Source: Candidatus Woesebacteria bacterium RIFCSPLOWO2_01_FULL_39_23 (GTDB lineage Bacteria > Patescibacteriota > Microgenomatia > UBA8517). From it: a DNA stretch of 64,000 bases. Shown here piece by piece: positions 9,688 through 19,376 of the stretch (within the stretch, counting starts at the first letter, position 1; each line of letters opens with the position of its first letter). The DNA lies in contig MGHG01000004.1 in assembly GCA_001793095.1 (NCBI GenBank), positions 7,542-71,541 of the forward strand. The letters are read 5' to 3'. The position numbers were made by a program, and so were the translations under genes. A model generated the notes under the pieces. The model was given only the letters and a program-made list of their open reading frames with translations. It was not told the DNA's origin and did not search any database.

Positions 9688-10623
9688 TTATTTATTAGTG
9701 TACTTATCTGCGCCGTAGAGATCCCAGAAAACAAGTCCGTGTTTTTTAAGAAAGCTTGCTGATAACACTTTTTCTTGCACATCGATCCGGAACTGTTCCC
9801 GGAAGTAATCGCGAAAAGTATCAAGCTGAACGATATATTTATAAAGCTTCTGAAGGCGTTCATAATCTAATGTTTTATATGTGTTAGGAATCTCTGCATC
9901 TCTTTGACGAAGAAAAGTATCAACATGAGCAAGTTGTTTAGGTGTTAGTATTTCAGAGGCGACTGCTATACCCAACCCCTTTTCTAACATTGCATAAATT
10001 ACACCGTAACGGGTATTACGACTTTGAAGATAGTCAGACGTTCTAATAATATAGTGACTTTTGATGTCTGATGAACTAAGTTTATCGCTGAAATCTTGTG
10101 TACTTTTTCTATATATTTTAAGTGACTCGTGAGGAGAAGTGTTACCGCGAGTAAGATCTGCAGCATCAAAACCTGGGCCAACTATTTCTAAAAGTAAAGA
10201 GTCTTTAGAGAAAAGTGTTAAAACACTATGCATCTGATTAAAGCGGTCGTTTTCTGCCATTACAATTCCTATTAGTGGTGGTTTAAATATTGGAACCATA
10301 TTAGCAAGCTCCTCTATAGTTGGATTTGACCCTTGTAGTTTTATGTGATCTTCAGGATTCGGACTGTCAAATCGTAAAGAAAATCTTTCAAATTTATGTT
10401 TGGCGTTCCAATCTCGCAAGTAACTAAGGACATCTTGTGTTAAATTGTTAACTACAAATCCGGGTAGTGTCGGTAAACCAGCAGATCTTAGCCGGATAAT
10501 ACTAGACAATTTTGAGTATTTTGAAGTGTCAAGATGTTTCTGAATTACTTGTGGCGTATCCAGAGAATATAGGAATTTTGGCAGTGTTTTGATCTTATTG
10601 CCGTTAGGTTCTTTTTCAACCAT
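9688..10623 (-). CDS. hypothetical protein, possibly a PEP-utilising/PPDK_N-like ATP-grasp fold
   Basis: IRLRSAGLPTLPGFVV resembles the PPDK/PEP-synthase N-terminal G-hPhPPGFhh segment; otherwise no recognisable motifs. Confidence 0.3.
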   Translation of the reverse strand: MVEKEPNGNKIKTLPKFLYSLDTPQVIQKHLDTSKYSKLSSIIRLRSAGLPTLPGFVVNNLTQDVLSYLRDWNAKHKFERFSLRFDSPNPEDHIKLQGSNPTIEELANMVPIFKPPLIGIVMAENDRFNQMHSVLTLFSKDSLLLEIVGPGFDAADLTRGNTSPHESLKIYRKSTQDFSDKLSSSDIKSHYIIRTSDYLQSRNTRYGVIYAMLEKGLGIAVASEILTPKQLAHVDTFLRQRDAEIPNTYKTLDYERLQKLYKYIVQLDTFRDYFREQFRIDVQEKVLSASFLKKHGLVFWDLYGADKYTNK

Positions 10624-10779
10624 ATTCTGTTGGTATTTGTAACTAACGGCAGTTTATATTTGATAATAAAGATGAGCTTGACTTTGTAAATATATTTACT
10701 AGACAGGTGTTTGACGAATAATAAGAATGGTAGGAATTACCGAAGGAAGATTTGGGGGATCATCTAAGTGTGAATGGTG

Positions 10780-11385
10780 TTATATATTAACGAGGGAGCG
10801 GATTTTTTCCTCAGCTTTTTCAAGCGAGATGTTAAAAACGAGTGCAACTTCTTCAACCATCATCTCAATTACGTCATCTAAAAAGTCTCTTTTAACTTTT
10901 GTATAATTTTCACCCGCAGCCTTCTTTTCCTTTAGGCACTGTCTGAGAACATTAGCAGTCTCCTGAATATTATTTAGATTGATATCATCCTTGGCTTTTA
11001 TAATGTCAAATACAGGATATGCATCCATCTTTTCGGATAGAGACGACAAAACCAACTCCAACTCTTTCTTAGAAAGGGGTTTCCTGATATCTTCAGGAGC
11101 GATACTCTTTTCAGGTATCGAATATAGAAGACTTTTATTCAGAGAGTTTACAAAGTAAGGACAGTAATGTACGATCTTCTCAACTTTCCCATCAGTTTTG
11201 ATTAAACTGATTTTTATCACTTTATATACCTTACCTCTTTCAATTAATTTATTACCCTTTTTGAGTTCGCCGCTAATACCATTTACATGGATTCGTTGCG
11301 ACCTTTGGTAGTAGTGTGATGAGGTATAAGAACCACTCTCGCTTTGGCGAGATTTAGCGAATTTACTGCGATGCAGATCATTCAT
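10780..11385 (-). CDS. hypothetical protein
   Basis: 201-aa ORF with no recognisable motifs; convergent/divergent with neighbouring hypotheticals. Confidence 0.3.
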   Translation of the reverse strand: MNDLHRSKFAKSRQSESGSYTSSHYYQRSQRIHVNGISGELKKGNKLIERGKVYKVIKISLIKTDGKVEKIVHYCPYFVNSLNKSLLYSIPEKSIAPEDIRKPLSKKELELVLSSLSEKMDAYPVFDIIKAKDDINLNNIQETANVLRQCLKEKKAAGENYTKVKRDFLDDVIEMMVEEVALVFNISLEKAEEKIRSLVNI

Positions 11386-11409
11386 AATAACCTCACTTAT
11401 TAAAATAGC

Positions 11410-11760
11410 TTAATATCTACTTCTTCTGTCAGGTCTTCTGTAATTGTTTCTGGGACCGCCGCTTCCACCACCACCTCTGTTTTCAAATCGTGGCCTTTCC
11501 TCTCTTGGTCGAGCTTCGTTAACTGCAATTTTTCTGTCGCTTCCGCTTCCTTCGATTACAGTTTCGTTTAGGTTTTTTATTGCTTCATCCGCCTCTTTCT
11601 CATTCTCCATCTCTACAAAGGCAAAACCCTTGCTCTGGCCGGTATATTTGTCCGAAATAACATCAGCTGAAATAACCTTACCGAACTTAGAAAATAAATC
11701 CATCAGTTGGGGACTGGTTACACTATAGGGAAGCCCGCCTACAAATAATCTTTTACTCAT
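11410..11760 (-). CDS. RRM-type RNA-binding protein with Gly/Arg-rich tail
   Basis: RNP2 LFVGGLPY and RNP1 KGFAFVEM motifs; C-terminal GGGGSGGPRNNYRRPDRRSRY. Confidence 0.8.
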   Translation of the reverse strand: MSKRLFVGGLPYSVTSPQLMDLFSKFGKVISADVISDKYTGQSKGFAFVEMENEKEADEAIKNLNETVIEGSGSDRKIAVNEARPREERPRFENRGGGGSGGPRNNYRRPDRRSRY

Positions 11761-11765
11761 TTATT

Positions 11766-11882
11766 ATCACCACCCTCCCGGTCTGCTTCCGGCTCAGAGA
11801 GCCCTCCAGCTCGGTGAGAGACCTTGCATTTCGGCAAAGCCCCGGATCTGAGACCTTTTTTTACTTCTTTTACTAAACTTGT
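11766..11882. ncRNA. GC-rich structured element of unknown identity (candidate small RNA or leader)
   Basis: About 115 nt noticeably more GC-rich than its surroundings. Local hairpins GGCUC-AGA-GAGCC, CCGG-ucugcuu-CCGG, GGUCU...AGACC; minus strand carries CCGGAAGCAG (partial resemblance to the SRP-RNA domain IV motif); ends in a T7 run on the plus strand. Strand and identity unresolved. Confidence 0.25.
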
Positions 11883-12291
11883 TTCTTACTGGTGATGAAA
11901 TTGCGTCTGTCTTAAGCTTGCGATTAATTCTCTCCGCAAGGAATAGTTAACGATTTCCACTCCAATTGAGGAAACAGATGTAAATAAGTTGTTGTATTCT
12001 AGCATAGATCAGCAAACAAAGATACCCTAATAGCTGTTGACAGTTTGATTGTTAGCAATTAATGTTAATGCAAAGTATGGCCAGGGAAGTAGTTGATGAA
12101 AATAAATATTCACCGATGGATTATATTCGGATGGGAAAGGAAGTGCCACCTTCGGTTATTGAAGCTGTAGAGAGAAGATACAAAAGATTAAGTGTTGGAA
12201 ATAACAGTAGGGATTATGATGATGGAGGTGGTGGGAAAATTACTCCTACAGGAATTAAAAAGCAGGGTGGAGGATTTAAGTAAAGTTGTGA

Positions 12292-12783
12292 TTATCTTTT
12301 CTCGAGAATAATAAAATCATAATCAAAAGGATTTTTATCGTCTTTAGTATGTGATTCCTTAGAAATTTCTCTCCAGTTTTTGTCATCGATATTTGGAAAA
12401 TATACGTCTCCGTCAAAGTTATTATGAATTTTAGTCATATAAATTTTATCAGTAAAAGGTAGCATTTGTTTATATACCGAAGCTCCCCCTATTATAAAAA
12501 ATTCATGTTCATTCTCACTTTTTGCTAATTCAACACCTTCGTTAATTGAATTAACAACAATGCATTCCTTAGCATGATAGTTCGGATCTTCGGATAAAAT
12601 TATATTTACTCTATCGGGAAGGGGTTTACCAATTGATTCATAGGTTTTTTGCCCCATCAAAATGTGGTGCCCGGTGGTTAATTCTTTGAAGTGTTTCAAA
12701 TCAGCAGGTAGATACCAAGGTAGTTTATTTTTCGCCCCGATTACGTTATTTTCTGCAACAGCAACAATTATAGAGACTTTCAT
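12292..12783 (-). CDS. folA: dihydrofolate reductase
   Basis: SIIVAVAENNVIGAKNKLPWYLPADLKHFKELTTGHHILMGQKTYESIG is the canonical DHFR N-terminus. Confidence 0.85.
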   Translation of the reverse strand: MKVSIIVAVAENNVIGAKNKLPWYLPADLKHFKELTTGHHILMGQKTYESIGKPLPDRVNIILSEDPNYHAKECIVVNSINEGVELAKSENEHEFFIIGGASVYKQMLPFTDKIYMTKIHNNFDGDVYFPNIDDKNWREISKESHTKDDKNPFDYDFIILEKR

Positions 12784-12812
12784 ACTTGATATGACCTTGC
12801 AGGGGTAATCCC

Positions 12813-13169
12813 TTAAAGGTTATCAGAGATTTTCTTTATTAGATTATCCGAATTTGTGTATTCGAAGATTTTATCAGTTACTGCCTTAATAGAGCCGGAT
12901 GGTTTGGTGCCCCTTTTATAAAAACAAATAATAGGAACATTTTTAACATTTGCCCACCCCAACTCGATACCTTGTCCAGTTGAAGGGAAAGATACCTCTG
13001 CAACAACTAAGTCACATTTATCTAAATATTTTTTTGAGTCGAAAAGCTCAGAAGATTTCTCATGAGGTAAAGCTATGTCATGTTTTGCATTTAAGTTAGA
13101 ATTTCTTAATGGTTTATACAATTCTTTTTTATAATCGAAACTGGTTGAGTGTGTGACGTAAATTTTCAT
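12813..13169 (-). CDS. nucleoside 2-deoxyribosyltransferase / DNPH1(Rcl)-like protein
   Basis: Flavodoxin-like small protein with GQGIELGWA (G-x-E-x-G catalytic Glu motif of the deoxyribosyltransferase/DNPH1 family); sits between folA and thyA. Confidence 0.5.
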   Translation of the reverse strand: MKIYVTHSTSFDYKKELYKPLRNSNLNAKHDIALPHEKSSELFDSKKYLDKCDLVVAEVSFPSTGQGIELGWANVKNVPIICFYKRGTKPSGSIKAVTDKIFEYTNSDNLIKKISDNL

Positions 13170-14065
13170 ACAGAAATTTGAGCTTTGATGGTTGGATAAA
13201 ATTTATAATTTTTAAGCTCGAAATCTTCATACCTAAACCTAAAAACAGAATTTACTTTAGGATTAATTTTCATTTTAGGTAGTTTGTATGGTTTTCTTTT
13301 TAATTGTTCCTTCGCCAGTTCGATATGATTTAAATAAAGATGTGTATCGGCAAGGGCGAGTACTAAATCCCCAGGTTTATTGTTTGTAACCTGAGCTACC
13401 ATCATTGTAAGTAGGGCGTAACTGGCTATATTGAATGGGAGGCCTAAAAATGTATCTACGGAACGTTGATACATCATACAGGAAAGTTTTTCTTTCGATA
13501 CCTGAAATTGATACATTACATGACATGGTGGAAGTGCCATTCTACTGATTAGCGGTGCATTCCAAGCGTTGACTATTAACCGACGGCTGGCAGGATTTTT
13601 TTTAATTTCTGAAACTACCCGGGACAACTGATCGACTCCGGAGAAGTTACGCCATTGTACTCCATAAAAAGGCCCGCAGTCCCCGTATTTTTCAGCAAAT
13701 TTTTCATCTGTGATAATTTTTTGAATAAACCTTTCTTTCTCTTTTTGCCATTTTTTGGTGTAGGTTAGGTACCTTTTTTCTAAGCCCTTAGCCTTTAAAT
13801 AATTCTGATAAGGCCACTCGTTCCAAATATTTACATCGTTTTTTACAAGATAGCGAATATTAGAATTTCCCGATATAAACCAGAGAAGCTCATATATTAC
13901 TCCTTTCATGAACATTTTTTTAGTGGTTAAAAGTGGAAATCCTTGGGAGAGATCGAAACGCAGTTGGCGACCAAAAACTTTTTTAGTTCCAGTACCGGTT
14001 CTCTCGCTTTTTTCTACTACACCGTTATCGAGGATGTCTTGAAGTAAATTGAGGTATGGGATCAT
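13166..14065 (-). CDS. thyA: thymidylate synthase (ThyA, folate-dependent)
   Basis: FDLSQGFPLLTTKK, PPCHVMYQFQV (catalytic Cys), DTHLYLNH; start overlaps the upstream gene. Confidence 0.9.
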   Translation of the reverse strand: MIPYLNLLQDILDNGVVEKSERTGTGTKKVFGRQLRFDLSQGFPLLTTKKMFMKGVIYELLWFISGNSNIRYLVKNDVNIWNEWPYQNYLKAKGLEKRYLTYTKKWQKEKERFIQKIITDEKFAEKYGDCGPFYGVQWRNFSGVDQLSRVVSEIKKNPASRRLIVNAWNAPLISRMALPPCHVMYQFQVSKEKLSCMMYQRSVDTFLGLPFNIASYALLTMMVAQVTNNKPGDLVLALADTHLYLNHIELAKEQLKRKPYKLPKMKINPKVNSVFRFRYEDFELKNYKFYPTIKAQISV

Positions 14066-14158
14066 TTTTTGCTAAGTAAGAATAAACAATTATATGCGAC
14101 ATGTCTAGTAAATAAATATACTTGTCTTCCGTACTTTTGCATGTTATAAGTCTGAGTA

Positions 14159-14779
14159 ATGGTAGAAAAACTGACTTCAATAGAAGGCCCGATGTTTTCC
14201 GGTAAAACCCTAGAAATGATCAGGTTTGCCGATGCATTTACTGTCGGTGGTCATCAAGTACAAATATTTAAACCTGCAATGGACGATCGGGGAGAAGGTT
14301 CGAACCAAATAAAATCCAGGCTTTTTGGACGTTGGGATGCTACCCCCATTGATCAACCTGAAGAATTATTAAACAAATTACGTAAGGGAGTGGACGTAGT
14401 TATGATAGATGAAATACAGTTTCTTAACCAAACAAATCCAGATGGGGTTTATAAGATAGTTGAAGTAGTTGATAAATTACTTGATACGGATATTAAAGTT
14501 GTTATATCGGGATTACCGCGCGATTTTAGAAGGCAACCATTCGGTCCAATGGCCGAGCTGCTTGCGAGAGCTCAAGATAAAGTAGTGTTGAAAGCTGTGT
14601 GCGACGAAATAATTGAAGATGGAACAAAATGCCAACAACTGGCTACGGAAACCCAAAGATATGTTGATGGAGAACCGGCAGATTGGAATGATCCAGTTGT
14701 TTTAGTCGGAGATAAAATGGAAGGATACGCGGCACGTTGTATAAAGCACCATGTAGTAAGAAATAAACCAATCAAGTAA
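14159..14779 (+). CDS. tdk: thymidine kinase
   Basis: P-loop GPMFSGKT; IDEIQF; C-terminal zinc ribbon CDEI...C...ARC. Confidence 0.85.
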   Translation: MVEKLTSIEGPMFSGKTLEMIRFADAFTVGGHQVQIFKPAMDDRGEGSNQIKSRLFGRWDATPIDQPEELLNKLRKGVDVVMIDEIQFLNQTNPDGVYKIVEVVDKLLDTDIKVVISGLPRDFRRQPFGPMAELLARAQDKVVLKAVCDEIIEDGTKCQQLATETQRYVDGEPADWNDPVVLVGDKMEGYAARCIKHHVVRNKPIK

Positions 14780-14809
14780 AAATCTTGCTGATTTGGGTAA
14801 GGACTAAAT

Positions 14810-15406
14810 ATGAGTGAAAGAGGGAAATTTATTGTTATTTACGGAGCGAATAATTTAGGTAAAACAGTCCAAGCAAACCTGTTGATTGACAGTTTAAGAA
14901 ATATTGATAAAAATGCTCATTATCTTAAATATCCTATATATGATTTGGAACCAACAGGGCCAAGAATAAATGCAGCGCTTAGGGAAGGTCTAAATATTAG
15001 TGATATTGAACTTCAGAAAGAATTTTCTCAGAATAGAAGAGATTTTGAACCAACCTTATCAAAATGGCTTGAGGCGGGGAGATGGTTAGTTTCAGAGGAT
15101 TATAAAGGGACAGGAATAAGTTGGGGGGTGACACATGATATTCCATTAGAAACGATGGAAGCTATGAACAGAGGGTTGCTCGATGAAGATTTGGGGGTTT
15201 TGCTTGATGGCGAGAGGTTTAGTTCGGGAATAGAAAGGAATCATAGATATGAATCTAGTAGCAGTTGGGAAAAAGCGAGACAAGTTCACCTCGAGCTTGC
15301 TAAGAGGTATCAGTGGGAGGTAGTTAATGCAAATCGGACAAGGGAAAAAGTGGCTGAAGATATTTGGAAAATTGTCGAGTTTAAACTTTTGAATTATACT
15401 ACTTAG
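14810..15406 (+). CDS. thymidylate kinase-like (d)NMP kinase
   Basis: [15 protein letters not shown] (compare dTMP kinase FIxxEGxxGxGKxT); size and position after tdk fit. Confidence 0.5.
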   Translation: MSERGKFIVIYGANNLGKTVQANLLIDSLRNIDKNAHYLKYPIYDLEPTGPRINAALREGLNISDIELQKEFSQNRRDFEPTLSKWLEAGRWLVSEDYKGTGISWGVTHDIPLETMEAMNRGLLDEDLGVLLDGERFSSGIERNHRYESSSSWEKARQVHLELAKRYQWEVVNANRTREKVAEDIWKIVEFKLLNYTT

Positions 15407-15420
15407 TGAGAACTATAACT

Positions 15421-16731
15421 ATGAAGGACAATAAAATATTCGATTTAATAGAGAAGGAAAAAGAACGCCAGCAAAGTACATTAATGATGATTCCCTCTGA
15501 GAACTATACCTATCCTGAAGTCAGGGCTGCGGTGGGGTCGATATTAATGCATAAATATGCTGAGGGACAGCCAAGGAAGCGATATTACCAGGGTATGGGA
15601 GTAGTTGATGAGATTGAAGAACATTGCGAGAAAGTCGCCCTCGAAGCCTTCAAGCTTGATCCCGTAAAATGGGGCGTAAATGTTCAACCGTATTCGGGCA
15701 CTCCCGCAAATTTAGCAGTTTATAATGCTCTTTTAAATCCGGGAGATAAAATACTCTCCATGTATCTTCCCGACGGCGGACACCTCTCACACGGTTGGCA
15801 ATATAAAGATAAAAAAGTGACATTGGTGTCAAAAATCTGGAAAGTTGAGTTTTATCATGTCGATCCGAAGACTCAAGTTTTTGATTATGATGCCTTAGAA
15901 AAACAAGCTTTAAAGTTCAAGCCGAAACTAATTATTTCCGGCGGAACTGCATACCCGAGAGAAATTAATTATAAAAGGATGGGAGCGATTGCAAAAAAAG
16001 TTGGTGCATATTATATGGCAGATGTTGCCCACGAAGCAGGTCTTATCGCCGGGGGTACCAATTCTTCACCCTTTCCCTTCGCTGATGTTGTGACGATGAC
16101 AACACATAAAACTTTAAGGGGACCAAGGGGTGCGTTAATTTATTCCAGAAAAGAAACGTCAGACGCAATAGATGCATCAATATTCCCGGGTATGCAGGGT
16201 GGACCGCATCTGCATACCATAGCGGGTATCGCGATAGCCTTGGCTAATACTAAGACTAATGAGTTTAAAAGGTACGCAAAACAAACTGTCAAGAATGCGC
16301 AGCGGCTTGCCCGAAATTTAGGCGAAGCCGGTTATGAAGTTGTGAGCGGCGGGACTGACAAACATTTAGTCTTAATTGACTTACGAAATAAAAAAATAAA
16401 CGGTTGGTTTGTCGCTTGGGCATTGGAGTCAGCAGGGATAATTGTTAATAGGAATACTATACCGTACGACACCGGTTCTCCTTATTATCCGTCAGGTCTT
16501 CGGATGGGTACACCGGCGATGACTGTCAGAGGAATGAAGGAGAAGGAAGTGGACGTAATTGCTAAATGGATAGATGATGTAATTAAACACATAGGACAAA
16601 GAACCATCCCGGAAGATGCGGAAAAGAGAAATCAATATCTGAAGAAATTTAAAAAAGAAATTACGAAAGATAAATTTTTAAAAGATACAGAAAAAAAAGT
16701 AAAATTCCTCTGCCAGAAGTTCTCACTATGA
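15421..16731 (+). CDS. glyA: serine hydroxymethyltransferase
   Basis: [38 protein letters not shown]; PLP-lysine region [13 protein letters not shown]. The ORF-track start at 15406 is probably an upstream extension. Confidence 0.9.
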   Translation: MKDNKIFDLIEKEKERQQSTLMMIPSENYTYPEVRAAVGSILMHKYAEGQPRKRYYQGMGVVDEIEEHCEKVALEAFKLDPVKWGVNVQPYSGTPANLAVYNALLNPGDKILSMYLPDGGHLSHGWQYKDKKVTLVSKIWKVEFYHVDPKTQVFDYDALEKQALKFKPKLIISGGTAYPREINYKRMGAIAKKVGAYYMADVAHEAGLIAGGTNSSPFPFADVVTMTTHKTLRGPRGALIYSRKETSDAIDASIFPGMQGGPHLHTIAGIAIALANTKTNEFKRYAKQTVKNAQRLARNLGEAGYEVVSGGTDKHLVLIDLRNKKINGWFVAWALESAGIIVNRNTIPYDTGSPYYPSGLRMGTPAMTVRGMKEKEVDVIAKWIDDVIKHIGQRTIPEDAEKRNQYLKKFKKEITKDKFLKDTEKKVKFLCQKFSL

Positions 16732-16832
16732 GATAGCCGCCCAAGGTGACATCTCACGGGGTCCCGTTAGATCTAAAAGTATCTAACTGGGACGATTCCT
16801 TAATATTCTGAGACGCTTATTGTGGAATAAGT

Positions 16833-17156
16833 ATGACTAAGGAGAGTAGAAAAGGTATACCCAGACATCGAAGAAAGTACTCAGATATTGGAGATCAAAA
16901 ATCGTTTGGTATTCTTAACAGTTGGCTTACAGATCTTGACTTAGTGTTATCCGATGAGGAACGTAAAACACCGGTTGGAGAAAAACTTCTTATATCTCTA
17001 AGTATTATTGCAGGTTATAGACATGAACCAGTAGATTCACCTGTATATATGGAGGCACAAATTTTGAAAGAAAAAGTTGAAGCGAGTAATGCAGGGGAGT
17101 TTAATCCGAAGGTTTTATATAAACTCCTGAAACAAGAGGAAAGTAATAATTTGTAA
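16833..17156 (+). CDS. hypothetical protein
   Basis: 107-aa ORF, no motifs. Confidence 0.3.
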   Translation: MTKESRKGIPRHRRKYSDIGDQKSFGILNSWLTDLDLVLSDEERKTPVGEKLLISLSIIAGYRHEPVDSPVYMEAQILKEKVEASNAGEFNPKVLYKLLKQEESNNL

Positions 17157-17200
17157 GTATTTTCTTGTTAAACTAACTCCATTAGATTAAAATTAGCTTC

Positions 17201-18046
17201 ATGGGTGCATACATTTTTGATGGCAGAGCTTTTGCGGGTAAATTACTCGATATGGTTGCAGCTAGGGTAGTCGGTTTAAAAAAGAAGGGAATTAATCCAA
17301 AACTTGTTTCAATTATCGTCGGAGACGATCCTGCGAGTGTTTTGTATGTCAATTTGAAAAAGAAAGCAGCGGAGAGAATGGGTTGTGGGTTATTGGTTGT
17401 AGGTTGTAGGGAAGAAACCAAAACTAAAGAAATAGTAGAAAAAATAAAAAGATTTAATACCGATAATACGGTCCATGGAATCATGATTCAGCTGCCCCTG
17501 CCGGAAAGACTTAGCATTGAAGACCGTGATCAGATTATTAACTCAATTTCCAAAGAAAAAGATGTTGATGGACTTAAAGACGATAGCAATTTTATTGCAC
17601 CTACAGCTAAGGCAGTTTTGGAGATTATAAATTTAGCAATTAAAGTAACACCTTTAAAGGTGAGACCCTGCAAGGTAGTAGTTATAGGTGCCGGGGGATT
17701 TGAAGGAAGGAAAATTATCAGACTCTTGGGAAAAGAAAAATATCATGTCATTGGATTAGTGAAGGGAGCAGAAAGGTTTGAGGAGACAATAAGAACTTCC
17801 GATGTTGTAATCAGCGTAACAGGGAACCCCGATTTAATAAGGTCGGATATGGTCAAAGAGGGTGTTATTTTGATTGATGTGGGGTCGCCGAAAGGCGATA
17901 TTGAAAAAGAAGCTTACCAAAAAGCTTCGTTTGTTTCTCCCGTTCCCGGCGGAGTTGGGCCTGTCACAATAGCCTGCTTGATGGAGAATTTGGTTAGAGC
18001 AGCTTCAGAAGAAGCTGGTAAAAGTTATGCTATTCAAAATAGTTAG
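17201..18046 (+). CDS. folD: bifunctional 5,10-methylene-THF dehydrogenase/cyclohydrolase
   Basis: KGINPKLVSIIVGDDPASVLYVNLKKKAAERMG; VIGAGG...G NAD(P)-binding region. Confidence 0.85.
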   Translation: MGAYIFDGRAFAGKLLDMVAARVVGLKKKGINPKLVSIIVGDDPASVLYVNLKKKAAERMGCGLLVVGCREETKTKEIVEKIKRFNTDNTVHGIMIQLPLPERLSIEDRDQIINSISKEKDVDGLKDDSNFIAPTAKAVLEIINLAIKVTPLKVRPCKVVVIGAGGFEGRKIIRLLGKEKYHVIGLVKGAERFEETIRTSDVVISVTGNPDLIRSDMVKEGVILIDVGSPKGDIEKEAYQKASFVSPVPGGVGPVTIACLMENLVRAASEEAGKSYAIQNS

Positions 18047-18055
18047 TCACTCTGG

Positions 18056-18367
18056 TTATCGCTCTATTTCAACCGAACCTCCTTTTATAGGAATAAGCCT
18101 TGGCTCTTGTTCTAAATAAGATTTTGGGATTAAATCGCATTTAATTATTCTACCAACTGAATTACATCTGCCAGAATTATGCTCACGACAACCACATGTT
18201 TCCGGGGAGTGAGTACAGTATCCAAGAATCCATTCCTGCTGCTCAGGTGATCGGCTACTTGGGTTATAATCTCTACTACTTTCTCGTACCGGATATCCTT
18301 CATTTATTCTTTTGCTTATTCTGGCAACTCTATGCGAATAGCCACTAGGATGATTTCCATTAGACAT
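18056..18367 (-). CDS. hypothetical Cys-rich small protein
   Basis: CTHSPETCGCREHNSGRCNSVGRIIKCD; no family recognised. Confidence 0.25.
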   Translation of the reverse strand: MSNGNHPSGYSHRVARISKRINEGYPVRESSRDYNPSSRSPEQQEWILGYCTHSPETCGCREHNSGRCNSVGRIIKCDLIPKSYLEQEPRLIPIKGGSVEIER

Positions 18368-18523
18368 AGTAAGATATTATAGGTCGCTACATATATATTG
18401 TCAAGCCTACATACATGTACTATATACTTATTATTAATTACATAAAGCACATTAAATTAAATGTTTAAAACTAAGTTGTTGCAATATTTTTGCTTCACTG
18501 CTATCATATCAATGTTATTAACA

Positions 18524-18591
18524 CACCGATCATGCCTTCTGGAATCCCTTCGACTCTGCTCAGGGTTAAGGGTACAAACTTCCGATCGGTG
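18524..18591 (+). promoter_or_regulatory. structured 5' leader of rpsB (long-range stem CACCGATC/GATCGGTG)
   Basis: Perfect 8-bp inverted repeat flanking a GC-richer segment immediately upstream of the rpsB start (18617). Confidence 0.35.
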
Positions 18592-18616
18592 GACGGACTA
18601 AGAAGGCAAAAATAAT

Positions 18617-19366
18617 ATGCAAGACGTTTCCCTAGAAAAACTTGTTGAAACCGGTGCCCATTTCGGTCATCAGGTTAGGCGTTGGAATCCGCGCATGAAA
18701 CCATATTTATATGGTGAAGAAGGCGGAGTTCATATTTTTGATTTAATAAAGACTAAAAAATGTTTAGATGAAGCATTAGAAGTACTTCAGAAAGCTTCTA
18801 AAGAAGGCAAAAAAATTCTAATTGTCGGCACTAAAAAACAAGCCAAAGAAAAAGTTAAGGAGATCGCAATTGAGGCTGGTGTATTTTATGTTAATGAACG
18901 CTGGCTCGGAGGAACTCTGACAAATTTTGATCAGCTTAGGCTGTCAACGCAAAAGTTGACCGACATGGAGAAGAAGTACGCGGAAGGCTATTACAATAAA
19001 TATACAAAGAAAGAAGGATTATTAATTGAAAGAGAAATTGCACGCCTGAACAGATTTTTTGCCGGTGTAAAAAATCTGTTAGCGATTCCTGATCTTATAA
19101 TTATTATCGATACTAAAAAAGAAAAAGGCGCAGTCAGAGAAGCGGCAAATAAAGCGGTCGAGACGGTGGGTCTTATTGACAGCAATAGTGATCCGGACGT
19201 TGTTGATTGGCCGATACCTATGAACGACGATGCCACAAAAGCCATAGAGTACGTCCTCGATTTGTTTAAAGAAGCGATTATGGAGGGGAGAGGCATAAAA
19301 AGTAGTACAAGTGAAACCGGTAGTACGGGTGAAAAATCGGTCACATCTGTTAAAAAATCCGCGTGA
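18617..19366 (+). CDS. rpsB: 30S ribosomal protein S2
   Basis: [31 protein letters not shown]. Confidence 0.9.
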   Translation: MQDVSLEKLVETGAHFGHQVRRWNPRMKPYLYGEEGGVHIFDLIKTKKCLDEALEVLQKASKEGKKILIVGTKKQAKEKVKEIAIEAGVFYVNERWLGGTLTNFDQLRLSTQKLTDMEKKYAEGYYNKYTKKEGLLIEREIARLNRFFAGVKNLLAIPDLIIIIDTKKEKGAVREAANKAVETVGLIDSNSDPDVVDWPIPMNDDATKAIEYVLDLFKEAIMEGRGIKSSTSETGSTGEKSVTSVKKSA

Positions 19367-19376
19367 ATCAATAATT

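Noticed and set aside
11766-11882. Calling the GC-rich element SRP RNA (ffs)
   Set aside because: Only a partial CCGGAAGCAG match to domain IV; I could not fold a convincing helix-8 with GNRA tetraloop or paired 5'/3' ends by eye, so it is reported as unidentified ncRNA only.
12062-12283. 73-aa Gly-rich ORF (plus)
   Set aside because: Low-complexity C-terminus and no ribosome-binding context evident; could be real but unsupported.
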